Shown in pieces: positions 39,139 to 48,830 of a DNA stretch of 49,278 nucleotides. The notes below the pieces were generated by a model. That model ran no database searches and was not told the DNA's origin. It saw nothing but the letters and a program-made list of their open reading frames with translations. A program made the translations under genes and the position numbers. This DNA comes from Candidatus Desulfovibrio intestinigallinarum (GTDB lineage: Bacteria; Desulfobacterota; Desulfovibrionia; Desulfovibrionales; Desulfovibrionaceae): the NCBI GenBank assembly GCA_019114565.1, contig DXFI01000177.1, forward strand, positions 1 to 49,278. The letters run 5' to 3'. The first letter of the stretch is position 1. Each line of letters starts with the position of its first letter.

Positions 39139-40587
39139 CTACTTCTTCGGCCGGACTTCGTTCTGCCGTGCCGCAGCGCGCGTCACATCAGGATGAAATT
39201 CACCCATAGCCACATAGAGCTGCGCCAGCGCCGTCAGATAATCCGCCTTGGCTCCGGTCAGAGACGAATGCGCCGTCTTGAGATTGGAAGAGGCATCCAG
39301 CACGTCGAAGTTCGTGCCCACGTGCTCCTGATAGCGGGCAACGGCCACGTCATAGGCTTCCCTGGCCTGCGCCACGCCCTTCTGCGCCACGCCGATACGC
39401 TTTTCCGCCTCGCGGACGGCCAGCAGCTTGGACTTGATGTCATAGCCCACGTTGAGCTTGAGGTCTTCTTCCTCGTAGCGCATCTTGGTCACCAGCCAGC
39501 CCGCCTGCTGATCGGCGTAGTAGGTGGTGCCCCACTGAAAGACTTCCCAGGTTGCGCGCGCGCCGACCTCCCATGAGGACATGCGCGAACCGTGATTCCC
39601 GGCATTGCGCAAATCGGGCGTGTTGCCCTCCTGCGTGATGTTGTAATAGGCCTCAATCTGCGGGTAGTACTCGCTCTGCACTTCCTTCTGGCTCTTGCCC
39701 GCAATTTCCACGCTTTTAGCGGCAATGTACAAATCGGGGCGCTGCCGGTAGGCGCGCTCCAGGCACTGCTCCAGCGAGAAACGGAACGGCACATGCCGCA
39801 GTGTGCCCGCATAGGCGACCTGCGCCGTGGCCGGCAGTCCCAGCAGGGTATTGAGCTCGGCCAGATAGGTTTCCCGCGAATTTTCCGCCTGAATATAGGA
39901 GCGTTCCGCCTCGCTGACGTCGACCTCGGCCTGAAGCACATCCAGACGCGGGCTCAGGCCAACGTCATAATACGCGCGGGTAATCTTGAGCTGATCGCGC
40001 AGGCGCTCCAGAGATTCCTTTTCGCTCAGGCTGTTCTCCGCCGCGCGCAGGTAGTTGAGAAAGGCCGTCTGCACCTTTTCCGTCATGCTCAGCTCGGCCT
40101 GACGCACGGAGGCCTTGTCGCTGTCGGCCTGCAGGGCGGCCTTCTGGTAGGTGGCCAGCAGCCGGAAGCCCTGAAAGACGGGCTGCGAAACTTCGATGCC
40201 CCAGCTGTACACGCCGTATTCCGCGGGGCGCTGCGTCGACGCGGGACGGCGCTCCTGCTTGGTCACGCTGTAGCTCATGCCCAGCCGGGGGCCGAAGGCT
40301 CCCCGGGCGGACTTGCGGCCTTCTTCAGAAGAGCGGCTCTGCGCTTCCTCCGCGCCGAGGCCGGGATTATGCCGCAGCGCCCGTTCCACGGCGCCCCGCA
40401 TGTCCAGAGGCCCGCGCGGCAGCGGTTCGCGGGCGCGGTCTTCGGCTCCCAGCGGGCGCTCGCCGCTGTAGAGAGGCTTTTGCACCACATGAGAATCCGC
40501 GGCAGCGGCATCAGCAAGCCACGCCCCGCCGGGCAGCGTCAGCGCCGCTCCGAACGCGCACAGTCCGAAAAGAAAACTGCCTTTCAT
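39139..40587 (-). CDS. TolC-family outer membrane efflux protein
   Basis: Two OEP repeats (AL..NP, QPVFQG, Y.VG....DVLQA, Y...VG...DVLDA). Confidence 0.92.
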   Translation of the reverse strand: MKGSFLFGLCAFGAALTLPGGAWLADAAAADSHVVQKPLYSGERPLGAEDRAREPLPRGPLDMRGAVERALRHNPGLGAEEAQSRSSEEGRKSARGAFGPRLGMSYSVTKQERRPASTQRPAEYGVYSWGIEVSQPVFQGFRLLATYQKAALQADSDKASVRQAELSMTEKVQTAFLNYLRAAENSLSEKESLERLRDQLKITRAYYDVGLSPRLDVLQAEVDVSEAERSYIQAENSRETYLAELNTLLGLPATAQVAYAGTLRHVPFRFSLEQCLERAYRQRPDLYIAAKSVEIAGKSQKEVQSEYYPQIEAYYNITQEGNTPDLRNAGNHGSRMSSWEVGARATWEVFQWGTTYYADQQAGWLVTKMRYEEEDLKLNVGYDIKSKLLAVREAEKRIGVAQKGVAQAREAYDVAVARYQEHVGTNFDVLDASSNLKTAHSSLTGAKADYLTALAQLYVAMGEFHPDVTRAAARQNEVRPKK

Positions 40588-40746
40588 AGCACCTGCTCAA
40601 ACGTGACGCTGCCCGGGCCGGACAGGGCAGGCGTCAAAGGAACCGTCGTCCCGGAGGTCCGGCAAAATTCACGCGAACCTGTCCGACAGGGAACTCCAGC
40701 GAAAAAACTCGATCAACCACGCCATATTCATGTATTATAGACCCTC

Positions 40747-40776
40747 ACTATACACGGGCAGGGGGGCGCTTGGCAA
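40747..40776 (-). promoter_or_regulatory. Putative sigma70 promoter of the TolC-family gene
   Basis: TTGCCA-18 bp-TATAGT on the minus strand. Confidence 0.6.
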
Positions 40777-40928
40777 TGAGCTTGTCACCTCCGCGTCTCT
40801 AAAATTCATCTTGAAAAAGTCTTGACTTCGCGGCATGCTGCTCCACGATGCGTTTTCGTCCTGTTCCGGCAGGACGCGCCAAATCTGGCAGACAGGCGCG
40901 AACACCGCGCTTTTTTACGGAGACAGGA

Positions 40929-41624
40929 ATGGAATTCAGCTTTTTTACCATGGTTGCACAGGCCAGCCTGGTGGCCCAGTGCGTGCTGGCCTTTCTGCTG
41001 CTCATGTCCGTCGGCAGCTGGGGCCTCATGATTCAAAAAGCCATTGCGCTCAATGCCGCGCAGAAAAAGGCCCTGAGCGGCACAGCCCGCTTCGAGAAGG
41101 CCGCCACCCTGCGCGAAGCCGTGCAATCGCTGGGCTCGGACCCCTCGTCCCCCCTTTACTATGTCGCTCATCAGGGCGTTCTGGAGTTCAACCGCTCCAA
41201 GGAGCTGGGCAACGACAGCGAAGTGGTGGTGGACAATGTGCGCCGAGCTCTGCGGCAGGGCGTGGCCAGCGAAATGTCCCGCCTGCAGAGCTCCCTGTCC
41301 CTGCTGGCAACAGCGGCCAACACGGCCCCCTTCATCGGCCTGTTCGGGACGGTCTGGGGCATCATGAGTTCCTTCCACTCCATCGGGATGCTCAAGACGG
41401 CCTCCCTCGCCACGGTGGCCCCCGGCATCTCCGAAGCGCTGGTCGCCACGGCCATCGGCCTGCTTGTGGCCGTGCCCGCCACCATCGGCTTCAATATTTT
41501 CATGGGCAAAATCGGCCAGGTGGACACCCTGCTGGTCAACTTCGCCGGCGTCTTTCTGAATCGTGTGCAGCGCGAGCTTAACGCCCATCGCCCGGTGACG
41601 CGCACCGGCAGCACGGAGATGTAG
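40929..41624 (+). CDS. tolQ: TolQ
   Basis: APFIGLFGTVWGIM.SF and VAPGISEAL.ATA.GL.VAVPA motifs. Confidence 0.93.
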   Translation: MEFSFFTMVAQASLVAQCVLAFLLLMSVGSWGLMIQKAIALNAAQKKALSGTARFEKAATLREAVQSLGSDPSSPLYYVAHQGVLEFNRSKELGNDSEVVVDNVRRALRQGVASEMSRLQSSLSLLATAANTAPFIGLFGTVWGIMSSFHSIGMLKTASLATVAPGISEALVATAIGLLVAVPATIGFNIFMGKIGQVDTLLVNFAGVFLNRVQRELNAHRPVTRTGSTEM

Positions 41625-41626
41625 TC

Positions 41627-42058
41627 ATGGGAGCCAACGTCGGCGGCGGCAGCAAATTCGTTTCCGAAATCAACGTGACGCCCTTTGTGGACGTCATGCT
41701 CGTGCTTCTCATCATCTTCATGGTGGCCACGCCCATGATGAGTCAGGGCATAGACGTGGATCTGCCCCAGACCAAGCAGGTGGAAGTTCTGCCCACCGAA
41801 TCGGAAAACATGGTCATGACGGTGCGCCAGGATGGTAAAATATTTCTGGACGAATACGCCGTGGAACTGGACGACCTTGAAAACAAGCTCCAGGTGCTGG
41901 TCAAGGAAAAGAACAAGACGCTTTTCCTTCAGGCCGACAAGAACGTCCCCTACGGGACCGTTGTTGACATCATGGGCCGTATCAAGGCCGTAGGCATCGA
42001 AAAGCTCGGCGTCGTGGCCGAAAAGCCCGACGAGGCCCCCGCCGCCGGCCGCCGCTAG
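41627..42058 (+). CDS. tolR: TolR
   Basis: EINVTPFVDVMLVLLIIFMV..P and AD..V.YG motifs. Confidence 0.93.
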   Translation: MGANVGGGSKFVSEINVTPFVDVMLVLLIIFMVATPMMSQGIDVDLPQTKQVEVLPTESENMVMTVRQDGKIFLDEYAVELDDLENKLQVLVKEKNKTLFLQADKNVPYGTVVDIMGRIKAVGIEKLGVVAEKPDEAPAAGRR

Positions 42059-42201
42059 AGCGTTTTATCTTTCCAGAGGTAAAACGCGAGGCGGGGCACA
42101 GCGCCGCCCTGTCCGCAGTGAGCGGAAAAAATTGCACTTTTCCGCGAAACGGAAGGCCGTATGCGTTGAAACGCACAGCGTTTCAAACTGAAAATGCTCT
42201 A
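42056..42201 (+). mobile_element. Family A element, both TA ends intact
   Basis: TAGAGCGTTTT...AAAATGCTCTA, 146 bp. Confidence 0.92.
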
Positions 42202-42385
42202 ACTTCTCCCGCGGGCCTGCCTGTTTTCCGGGCGGGCCGCGCTTCGTCAAGAAACAGACTCCGGAACGCGGGACCTGCCGCCGTTCCCGGAAGACAGGGA
42301 ACCGCAAAACGCCCGTCGTCTCCTTACGGAAAAACGCTGCGGGACAAAGGGCGCGCCCCTGCCCCAGACAGAAAAGACTGCCATC

Positions 42386-43450
42386 ATGAACTGGGCCTCC
42401 TATATTCTTTCTTTTTGCCTTCATGTGCTGATCATTCTGCTGATCTGGCTCTGGCCGGCTTCGCCGCCGGTCAAGCTGGACGCGCCTCCCGTCATGATCA
42501 GCCTTGTGGACGGCGCTCCCGGCGGCAATCGCACGCCCTCCTCCATTCTCGGCGCCGCAGGGCAGCCCACCTCCGGACCCAGGGATTTCGCGGCGCCGGC
42601 GCCCAAGGCCGAAGTTGCCGCCCCGGCGGCCACCCCGCCTCAGGCCGAGCCCATCAAGAGCCCGCCGAAGGAGGCGGCGCAGGATCGTTCGCCCAAGGAT
42701 GAGGTCAAGGAAGCCCCGCGCCCCCGGCCCAAGCCTGACGACAACGCCGCGGCGCTTCTGGCCAAGAAGAAAAAGGAAGAAGAAGCCAAGCGCCGGCAGG
42801 AGGAGCGCGAACGGCAGCAGGCGGAACTGAAAAAGAAGGAAGAGGAACGCCGCGAAGCCGAACAGAAGAAGAAGGAAGAAGAGCGCAAGAAAGCCGAGCA
42901 GAAGAAAAAGGAAGAGGCTCGCAAGAAGGCCGAACAGAAAAAGAAGGAAGAAGAGCGCAAAAAGGCCGAACAGGAACGCAAGGAGAAGGAAAAGGATTCC
43001 GTGGCGGCCGCGCTGCGGGATGCGCGCCGCAAGGCGTCTTCTCGCGTGGAGTCCGGCGACCGCGGCACCGCCGTGGAACAGGCGCTGGCGCAGGCCCGCA
43101 AAAATGCCGGCGGCGACGGCGGCGGAGGCGGCGGCGAAGGCGACGGCCCGGGCGGCGGCGGTCTGAACGAGGTCTACCTCGGGCAGATCATGCTTGCCGT
43201 GCGCCCCAACTGGAGTTTTGCCTCGGCCAGTCGCGCCAACTTTGCCTGCATCGTGCACGTCAGCGTGGACATGAACGGCGAAGTGCAGGATGCCCAGGTC
43301 ACCCAGGGCTCGGGCAATGCGCAGTTCGACGCCTCGGCGGTCAATGCCGTCATCCGCACCGGCAAGGCCGGCCTCTTCCCGAAGCCGCCTTCACCGGAAT
43401 ACTGCGAGGTGGATCTGGTCTTCCGTATGGACGAGCTGTCGCGACGCTAG
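42386..43450 (+). CDS. tolA: TolA
   Basis: S..LH TM motif, K/E/A-rich helix and C-terminal TonB/TolA domain (SG...FD.SA..A); lies between tolR and tolB. Confidence 0.88.
   Translation: MNWASYILSFCLHVLIILLIWLWPASPPVKLDAPPVMISLVDGAPGGNRTPSSILGAAGQPTSGPRDFAAPAPKAEVAAPAATPPQAEPIKSPPKEAAQDRSPKDEVKEAPRPRPKPDDNAAALLAKKKKEEEAKRRQEERERQQAELKKKEEERREAEQKKKEEERKKAEQKKKEEARKKAEQKKKEEERKKAEQERKEKEKDSVAAALRDARRKASSRVESGDRGTAVEQALAQARKNAGGDGGGGGGEGDGPGGGGLNEVYLGQIMLAVRPNWSFASASRANFACIVHVSVDMNGEVQDAQVTQGSGNAQFDASAVNAVIRTGKAGLFPKPPSPEYCEVDLVFRMDELSRR
42821..42973 (+). repeat. 36-bp coding tandem repeat (about 4.25 units, AEQKKKEEERKK)
   Basis: Units start at 42821, 42857, 42893 and 42929. Confidence 0.9.
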
Positions 43451-43760
43451 AACGTTTCAACTTTGAAAAAGGTGGAACGCGAAGCGGCGGCAGGACATCC
43501 GCTGCAGACAGTCCGCAATACGCGCTCCTCTCCGGGCCCGTCCCCGCGAGAGGAGCGCGTCGATCCCCCCGGGACGGCTTATCCTCGATTTTAACGTATT
43601 CAACCAGGAACAAGCGTTCAACTGGCCTGCCATGTAAAAGGCTTGCCGCACCCCCTCTGAAAAAGCGCGCCGGGGGAAGAACCACATGAACGCCTTTCCA
43701 GCAGAAAGACCGGGTCCCTTACGCCCCGGCCAGGAGAGGTTCCTTCCTCCCGGAAGAACG
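43448..43760 (+). repeat. Partial family A element followed by a degenerate family B remnant
   Basis: TAGAACGTTTCAACTTTGAAAAAGG at the tolA stop; CTCTGAAAAAGCGCGC.GGGG and GGTTCCTTCC..GAAGAAC match the family B interior. Confidence 0.65.
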
Positions 43761-43883
43761 GCGCAGTGCTGATGCACTCCGGCGCGCACCTGTATGAATG
43801 AACGGCGATCCACGGGATCGCCATCCGGCTCCGGCTCATCCGCCCGGCGGGCGGAGTGTTTTTTTTCGCAGCAAGGAGGTCTT

Positions 43884-44720
43884 ATGCCCCTGTTTTCCCT
43901 GAAAACCATCTGCCGCCCGCAGCGCCTCGCCTCTTGCGCTGCGCTTCTCGCCCTGCTGGGCGCGACGGACGCGACGCATGCGGCCGCCATCATGGCCGCC
44001 GATCAGCAGGACGGTTATGCCGGAGCCATGCTGGAAAAGGTTTCCGAACGCTGGTCGCCCCCGACCATCAAGAATAATGTGCTCCTGCGCGTGCGCGTCT
44101 CCCTCGACGGACGCGGCCGGGTGCTTTCCTGTTCTCCGGTAAGCTCCTCGGGCTATCCCGCGCTGGACATTTCCGCCTGTGAGGCCGTCAAGGCTACGGA
44201 AAGCTACGGCACCCCGCCCTACAGCATGCCCATTGACGTCTATCTTTCCTTCTGGACGGGCACGCCGCGCGCCAGGAGCGCGCCCGCGGCTCCTCAGACG
44301 CCCGCCGCCCCGACAGCCCCGTCGGCTCCGGCAGCGTCTCCCGCTCTGACCACGCCTCCGGAAAATACGACCGCACATCAGGGTATTACGCCTTCTCCGG
44401 CGTCGGTTCCGGCCACGTCGTCCGGCATTGCCCAGGATGCCTACGGCCCGCAGTTCAAGCGCTATTTTTCCAATGTCGTCTGGAAGCTCCGCAACGCCAT
44501 CTTCATTCCGGTGGAAAGCAAGCCCGGCACCTATCGCGTCACCGTACGACTTGACGTCGATACGGCAGGCAACATAAAGCACTACGACATCGTTTCCGGC
44601 AGCGGCGACGAACGCCTCGACAAATACGTGCGCCAGGGCATCAAGCGCGCCGGCAGCATTCCTCCGCCGCCGGCCGGCCTCGGCTCCACGATGGACGTCA
44701 CCTTAACCCTGACGCGCTAG
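43884..44720 (+). CDS. Protein with two TonB/TolA C-terminal domains
   Basis: AAGGAGGT RBS; two Y..V...W/R..V.LD..G....SG...LD domains joined by a Pro/Ala/Thr linker. Confidence 0.8.
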   Translation: MPLFSLKTICRPQRLASCAALLALLGATDATHAAAIMAADQQDGYAGAMLEKVSERWSPPTIKNNVLLRVRVSLDGRGRVLSCSPVSSSGYPALDISACEAVKATESYGTPPYSMPIDVYLSFWTGTPRARSAPAAPQTPAAPTAPSAPAASPALTTPPENTTAHQGITPSPASVPATSSGIAQDAYGPQFKRYFSNVVWKLRNAIFIPVESKPGTYRVTVRLDVDTAGNIKHYDIVSGSGDERLDKYVRQGIKRAGSIPPPPAGLGSTMDVTLTLTR

Positions 44721-44760
44721 CTGCAACAACGGCGCGTCGATCTGCGAGGATGCCTTTTCC

Positions 44761-46074
44761 ATGAAACGCACTTTTCTTCTGTCGGTTCTGGGTCTGTGCC
44801 TGCTGGCGGCAAGCTCCGTGCATGCCGCCATGCGCGTGGACATCTATGGTCCCGGACAAAACAGCGTCAATCTGGCTCTGGCCGCGCCTCTGACAGGTCC
44901 CGAAAAAGAAGCGGGCAACATGGGCGCGGAACTTCAGAAGCTGATTAACGAGAACCTGAGCTTTCTGCCCTTCATGCGCCTGACCGATCCCAAGGCCGTT
45001 CTCGGCGGTACGGTGCTTCAGGGCTACGAGCCGCCGAACCTCGACTTCAAGCGCTTCCAGCTCGCCGGCAGCGACATCGTGGTCACGACCTACTGGCCCA
45101 ACGGCGACCGCGGGACCTCGTCCGTGCAGATCCGCGCCTTTGAAACCAATACCGGCGGCCGTCTCTTCGGCAAGGAATATCCCCGCGTGAGCTCCAAGGA
45201 GCTGCCCGAAGTCGCGGACCGCTTCTGTGCGGACCTGCTGGAAGTGCTGACCGGCAGCGGCGCCTTCTTCCGCTCCACGCTGGCCTTTGTCAAGAAGACC
45301 GGCCGCATGAGCTCCAATGTCTGGCTCTGCAAGCCCACGGGCCGCAACCTGCGCCAGATCACCCGTATTTCCGGCGAAGCCCTGTCGCCCGCCTGGTCCA
45401 TTGACGGCCGCTTCATCGTCTTCACGCACATCGATCCCAAGTCCCATTCGCTCGGCGTGTGGGATCGCAAGAAGGGCAGCGTGCAGCGCGTGCGCTTCCC
45501 CGGCAACGTGGTCATCGGCCCGTCCTTCACGCCCGACAACAAGGTGGCCGTGGCCCTGTCCAACGGCAAGTACCCCGTCATCTACCTGCTGAACCACGCC
45601 TTCCAGAAGGAACGTGTTCTCGAGGGCGGGCACTCCATCAACGTGTCGCCGACCTTTGACAAGACCGGCACCAAGATGGCCTTCACCTCCTCCCGCCTCG
45701 GCGGCCCGCAGATCTTCCTCAAGGACCTGAACAGCGGCGCCACCACCCGCGTGAGCATGAACGGCGGCTACAATACCGAAGCCAACCTTTCCCCCGACGG
45801 CACGCTCGTCACCTACAGCCGCATGACGGAATACGGCCACCGCATCTTCGTGCAGGATATGGTCACCGGCGCCGAACGCCAGATTTCCTTCGGCCCCGGC
45901 AGCGACGAACAGCCCTCCTTCTGCGGCGACAGCTACTTCATCGCCTTTACCTCCAGCCGCGGCGGTTCGCGCGGCATATATCTCACGACCCGCCACGGCG
46001 GCGACGCCAAGAAGGTTCCCACCGGCGGCGGCGACGCCTCCTTCCCGCGCTGGGGCATGCCCGAAGGCGAATAG
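44761..46074 (+). CDS. tolB: TolB
   Basis: Signal peptide, N-terminal alpha/beta domain and PD40 repeats (SPAWS.DG, SPDG, IAFTSSR). Confidence 0.92.
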   Translation: MKRTFLLSVLGLCLLAASSVHAAMRVDIYGPGQNSVNLALAAPLTGPEKEAGNMGAELQKLINENLSFLPFMRLTDPKAVLGGTVLQGYEPPNLDFKRFQLAGSDIVVTTYWPNGDRGTSSVQIRAFETNTGGRLFGKEYPRVSSKELPEVADRFCADLLEVLTGSGAFFRSTLAFVKKTGRMSSNVWLCKPTGRNLRQITRISGEALSPAWSIDGRFIVFTHIDPKSHSLGVWDRKKGSVQRVRFPGNVVIGPSFTPDNKVAVALSNGKYPVIYLLNHAFQKERVLEGGHSINVSPTFDKTGTKMAFTSSRLGGPQIFLKDLNSGATTRVSMNGGYNTEANLSPDGTLVTYSRMTEYGHRIFVQDMVTGAERQISFGPGSDEQPSFCGDSYFIAFTSSRGGSRGIYLTTRHGGDAKKVPTGGGDASFPRWGMPEGE

Positions 46075-46101
46075 CGTAAAAAAAATAGTACCGCTATAAC
46101 A

Positions 46102-46141
46102 GGGCGTTTTTCCTCATAAAAAGAGGAAAAACGCCCCTTTT
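46102..46141 (+). terminator. Hairpin terminator between tolB and pal
   Basis: GGGCGTTTTTCCTC..GAGGAAAAACGCCC followed by CTTTT. Confidence 0.7.
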
Positions 46142-46177
46142 CACGTCTAAAACACGGCCTGCGGCCCCTGCCGCATC

Positions 46178-46205
46178 TTGACAAAATCGGCATGACATAT
46201 ACCAT
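46178..46205 (+). promoter_or_regulatory. Putative pal promoter
   Basis: TTGACA-16 bp-TACCAT. Confidence 0.55.
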
Positions 46206-46283
46206 CCGCCCTGTGAGCAATATTTTTCTCTGCTCACAGGCAGGAGTTCCGCTCCTGCCGCGAGAGATCTCAGGAGGAACATC

Positions 46284-46754
46284 ATGAAACGCTACGCTCT
46301 TATTCTGACTCTGGTTCTGGCTCTGGCCGCCGGTTTCGGCTGCTCCAAGAAAACCGCTACCGCTGATCCCAACGCTGATCAGGGCGTGGATCCCGCTCTG
46401 CAGGCTGCCGTGCAGCAGATCACCGATGGCCGCGTGCTCTTTGCCTTCGACAAGTTCGACATTCAGCCCGAATACAAGGAAGTGCTGAAGACCAAGGCCG
46501 AACTGATGAAGCAGTATCCCAGCATCCGCGTGCGCATCGAAGGTAACTGCGACGAACGCGGCACCCAGGAATACAACCTCGCCCTCGGCGAACGCCGCGC
46601 CCGCGCTGCCTACGAATACATGGTTACCCTCGGCGTGAATCCCAGCCAGCTGGAAATGATCAGCTTCGGCAAGGAAAACCCCGTGGTGCAGGGTTCCGGC
46701 GAATCCGTGTGGTCCCAGAACCGCCGCGACGACTTCCGCGTGATCGCTCAGTAG
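46284..46754 (+). CDS. pal: Peptidoglycan-associated lipoprotein Pal
   Basis: Lipobox (GFGC); F.FD, IEGNCDERGT.EYNLALGERRA, S.GKE and NRR motifs. Confidence 0.96.
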   Translation: MKRYALILTLVLALAAGFGCSKKTATADPNADQGVDPALQAAVQQITDGRVLFAFDKFDIQPEYKEVLKTKAELMKQYPSIRVRIEGNCDERGTQEYNLALGERRARAAYEYMVTLGVNPSQLEMISFGKENPVVQGSGESVWSQNRRDDFRVIAQ

Positions 46755-46776
46755 TTCGCGTCTGATACGATTTCGC

Positions 46777-46803
46777 AAGGCCGCCCCTCGGGCGGCCTTT
46801 TTT
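46777..46803 (+). terminator. Intrinsic terminator after pal
   Basis: AAGGCCGCCC-CTC-GGGCGGCCTT followed by a T-tract. Confidence 0.88.
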
Positions 46804-46811
46804 ATTGAGCA

Positions 46812-46959
46812 TAGAGCGTTTCAACTTTGAAAAAGGTGAAACGCGAGGCGGCGGCACAGCGCCGCCCGGCCCAAAGCGAGCGGAAAAACCGCGCTTTTTC
46901 CGCGAAACGACAGGGCGTATGGTTTGAAACGAGAAGCGTTTCAAACTGAAAATGCTCTG
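46812..46959 (+). mobile_element. Family A element, near-consensus
   Basis: TAGAGCGTTTCAACTTTG...AAACTGAAAATGCTCTG; an extra end remnant TGAAACGCTCTA follows at 46966-46977. Confidence 0.92.
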
Positions 46960-47058
46960 GCTGGCTGAAACGCTCTATCTGCCGCTTGCGAAATGCCGCG
47001 GGCTGGGCTACCACAGAAAACGCACTGTCCCCCCGCATCCTCAACACGAGTTAGTCTC

Positions 47059-48036
47059 ATGAAGATAGCCATTCTGGACGGCAAGATGCTCAATCCCGGC
47101 GATGTGGACTGGTCGCCGATTTCCGCCCTTGGCGAAACCGTCATTTACGACACCACCAGCGCCGCGGAACTTCGCAGTCACGCGGCCGGCGCCGATGTGC
47201 TGCTCCTGAACAAAGTCCCCCTGCGCAAGTCCAGCCTGAAGGACATCCCCGATGCGCGCTTTGTAGGTGCTCTTGCCACCGGCTATGATATTGTTGACGT
47301 GGCCGCCTGCGCCGAGCGCAATATCCCTGTCTGCAATGTCGTTGCCTACGGCGTGGACGATGTCGCCCAGCACACCCTGACGCTGCTGCTGGAACTCTGC
47401 CGCCATACCAGCGAGCACAGCCTCCGCGTCAAGGAAGGGCAATGGCAGCAGTGCGGGCAGTGGTGCTTCTGGGAAAAAACGCCCGTGCAGCTTACCGGCC
47501 TGACCATAGGCATCATCGGTTTCGGCACCATCGGCCGCCGTGTGGGCGAGCTGGCCAACGCCTTCGGCATGAACGTCCTTGCCCATACCCGGACGCCGCG
47601 CAACCCTCCCCAATACCGCAATTTTTCCTTTGCCACGCTGGATCAGCTTCTGGCAAAGGCCGACGTCATTTCCCTGCACTGCCCGCTGACGGAAAATACG
47701 CACGCCCTCATCAACAAGGAAAGCATCGCCCGCATGAAAAGCGGCGTCATTCTGCTCAATACGGCGCGTGGTCCTCTGCTCAACGAGGCGGACGTGGCCC
47801 GGGCCCTCAAAAACGGGAAGATTGGCGGCCTCGGCACAGACGTGCTCGCCAAGGAGCCTCCCTCAGCCTCCAATCCCCTGCTCTCCGCCCCCAATACCAT
47901 CATCACGCCGCATATGGCGTGGGCCTCGGTGCGCTCCCGGCAGAATATCATCAATCTCATGGCCGAGAATATCCGCCGCTGGCGCGACGGCACGCCCATC
48001 AATGTCGTCAACGGCGTAGGCAAGAAAAAGGCCTGA
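47059..48036 (+). CDS. D-2-hydroxyacid dehydrogenase (glycerate dehydrogenase-like)
   Basis: ATGY, GIIGFG.IG, SLHCPLT, NTARG, DVL..EP and TPH.AW motifs. Confidence 0.93.
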   Translation: MKIAILDGKMLNPGDVDWSPISALGETVIYDTTSAAELRSHAAGADVLLLNKVPLRKSSLKDIPDARFVGALATGYDIVDVAACAERNIPVCNVVAYGVDDVAQHTLTLLLELCRHTSEHSLRVKEGQWQQCGQWCFWEKTPVQLTGLTIGIIGFGTIGRRVGELANAFGMNVLAHTRTPRNPPQYRNFSFATLDQLLAKADVISLHCPLTENTHALINKESIARMKSGVILLNTARGPLLNEADVARALKNGKIGGLGTDVLAKEPPSASNPLLSAPNTIITPHMAWASVRSRQNIINLMAENIRRWRDGTPINVVNGVGKKKA

Positions 48037-48038
48037 TC

Positions 48039-48830
48039 ATGCTTTTCGATATCCACACCCACGCCTTTCATCCCAAAATTGCCCGCAAGGCCGTGGAGCA
48101 TCTCAACAGGGCCTACAATCTCGCCTGCGAAGGCGACGGCACCATCGCGCATCTGCTGGAGCAGGAAAGCGCCGTCGGCATAGAAAAAATGGTGCTGCTC
48201 TGCGCGGCGACAACGCCCTCGCAGGTCATCCCCGCCAATAATTACGCCATGGAGCTGCAACGCTCCCACCCGGAACACGTCATTGCCTTCGGTACGTTTC
48301 ATCCCGAATATGCCCGCTGGGAAGAGGAGCTGGAACGTCTGGAGCGCAACAATATCCGCGGCATCAAGCTGCACCCCGACTTTCAGGGCTTCCGGCTCGA
48401 CGATCCCCGCCTGATGCCCATTCTGGATGCCTGTCAGGATCGCTTTATCCTGCTGTTCCATGTGGGTTCCCGCAGGCCTCTTGCCGAGTGCCCCTCCACC
48501 CCCTACATGGTCGCCCGCCTTGCCGCCGCCTTTCCCCGCCTCACCATCGTGGCCGCCCATTTCGGCGGTTATCGCATGTGGGAACATACCCTGAAAGGGC
48601 TCCCCCCCAGCGAAAACCTCTGGTGCGATACGTCCAGCACCAGCCCCTATGCTTCTCCGGAGCTGCTCAAGGCGCTGCTGGCCCATTTCCCCCGTGAGCG
48701 CCTCCTCTTCGGCACGGACTGGCCTCTGTACTCGCCGGACAAGGAAATTCGCCGCTTTCAGGAAAAATCCGGCCTCTCGGACAGCCGCATGGCAGACCTC
48801 ATGGGCAACGCCCTCCATCTCTTTGCCTGA
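48039..48830 (+). CDS. Amidohydrolase_2 family metallohydrolase
   Basis: DIHTH, GIKLHP..QG, FHVG, AAHFGG, DTS and LFGTDWP motifs. Confidence 0.9.
   Translation: MLFDIHTHAFHPKIARKAVEHLNRAYNLACEGDGTIAHLLEQESAVGIEKMVLLCAATTPSQVIPANNYAMELQRSHPEHVIAFGTFHPEYARWEEELERLERNNIRGIKLHPDFQGFRLDDPRLMPILDACQDRFILLFHVGSRRPLAECPSTPYMVARLAAAFPRLTIVAAHFGGYRMWEHTLKGLPPSENLWCDTSSTSPYASPELLKALLAHFPRERLLFGTDWPLYSPDKEIRRFQEKSGLSDSRMADLMGNALHLFA

Noticed and set aside
42821-42973. TolA tandem repeat as a novelty
   Set aside because: Variable K/E/A-rich repeats in TolA domain II are well known.
47442-48038. Apparent 462-aa amidohydrolase ORF
   Set aside because: The extension overlaps the dehydrogenase in another frame. 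The real start is 48039.
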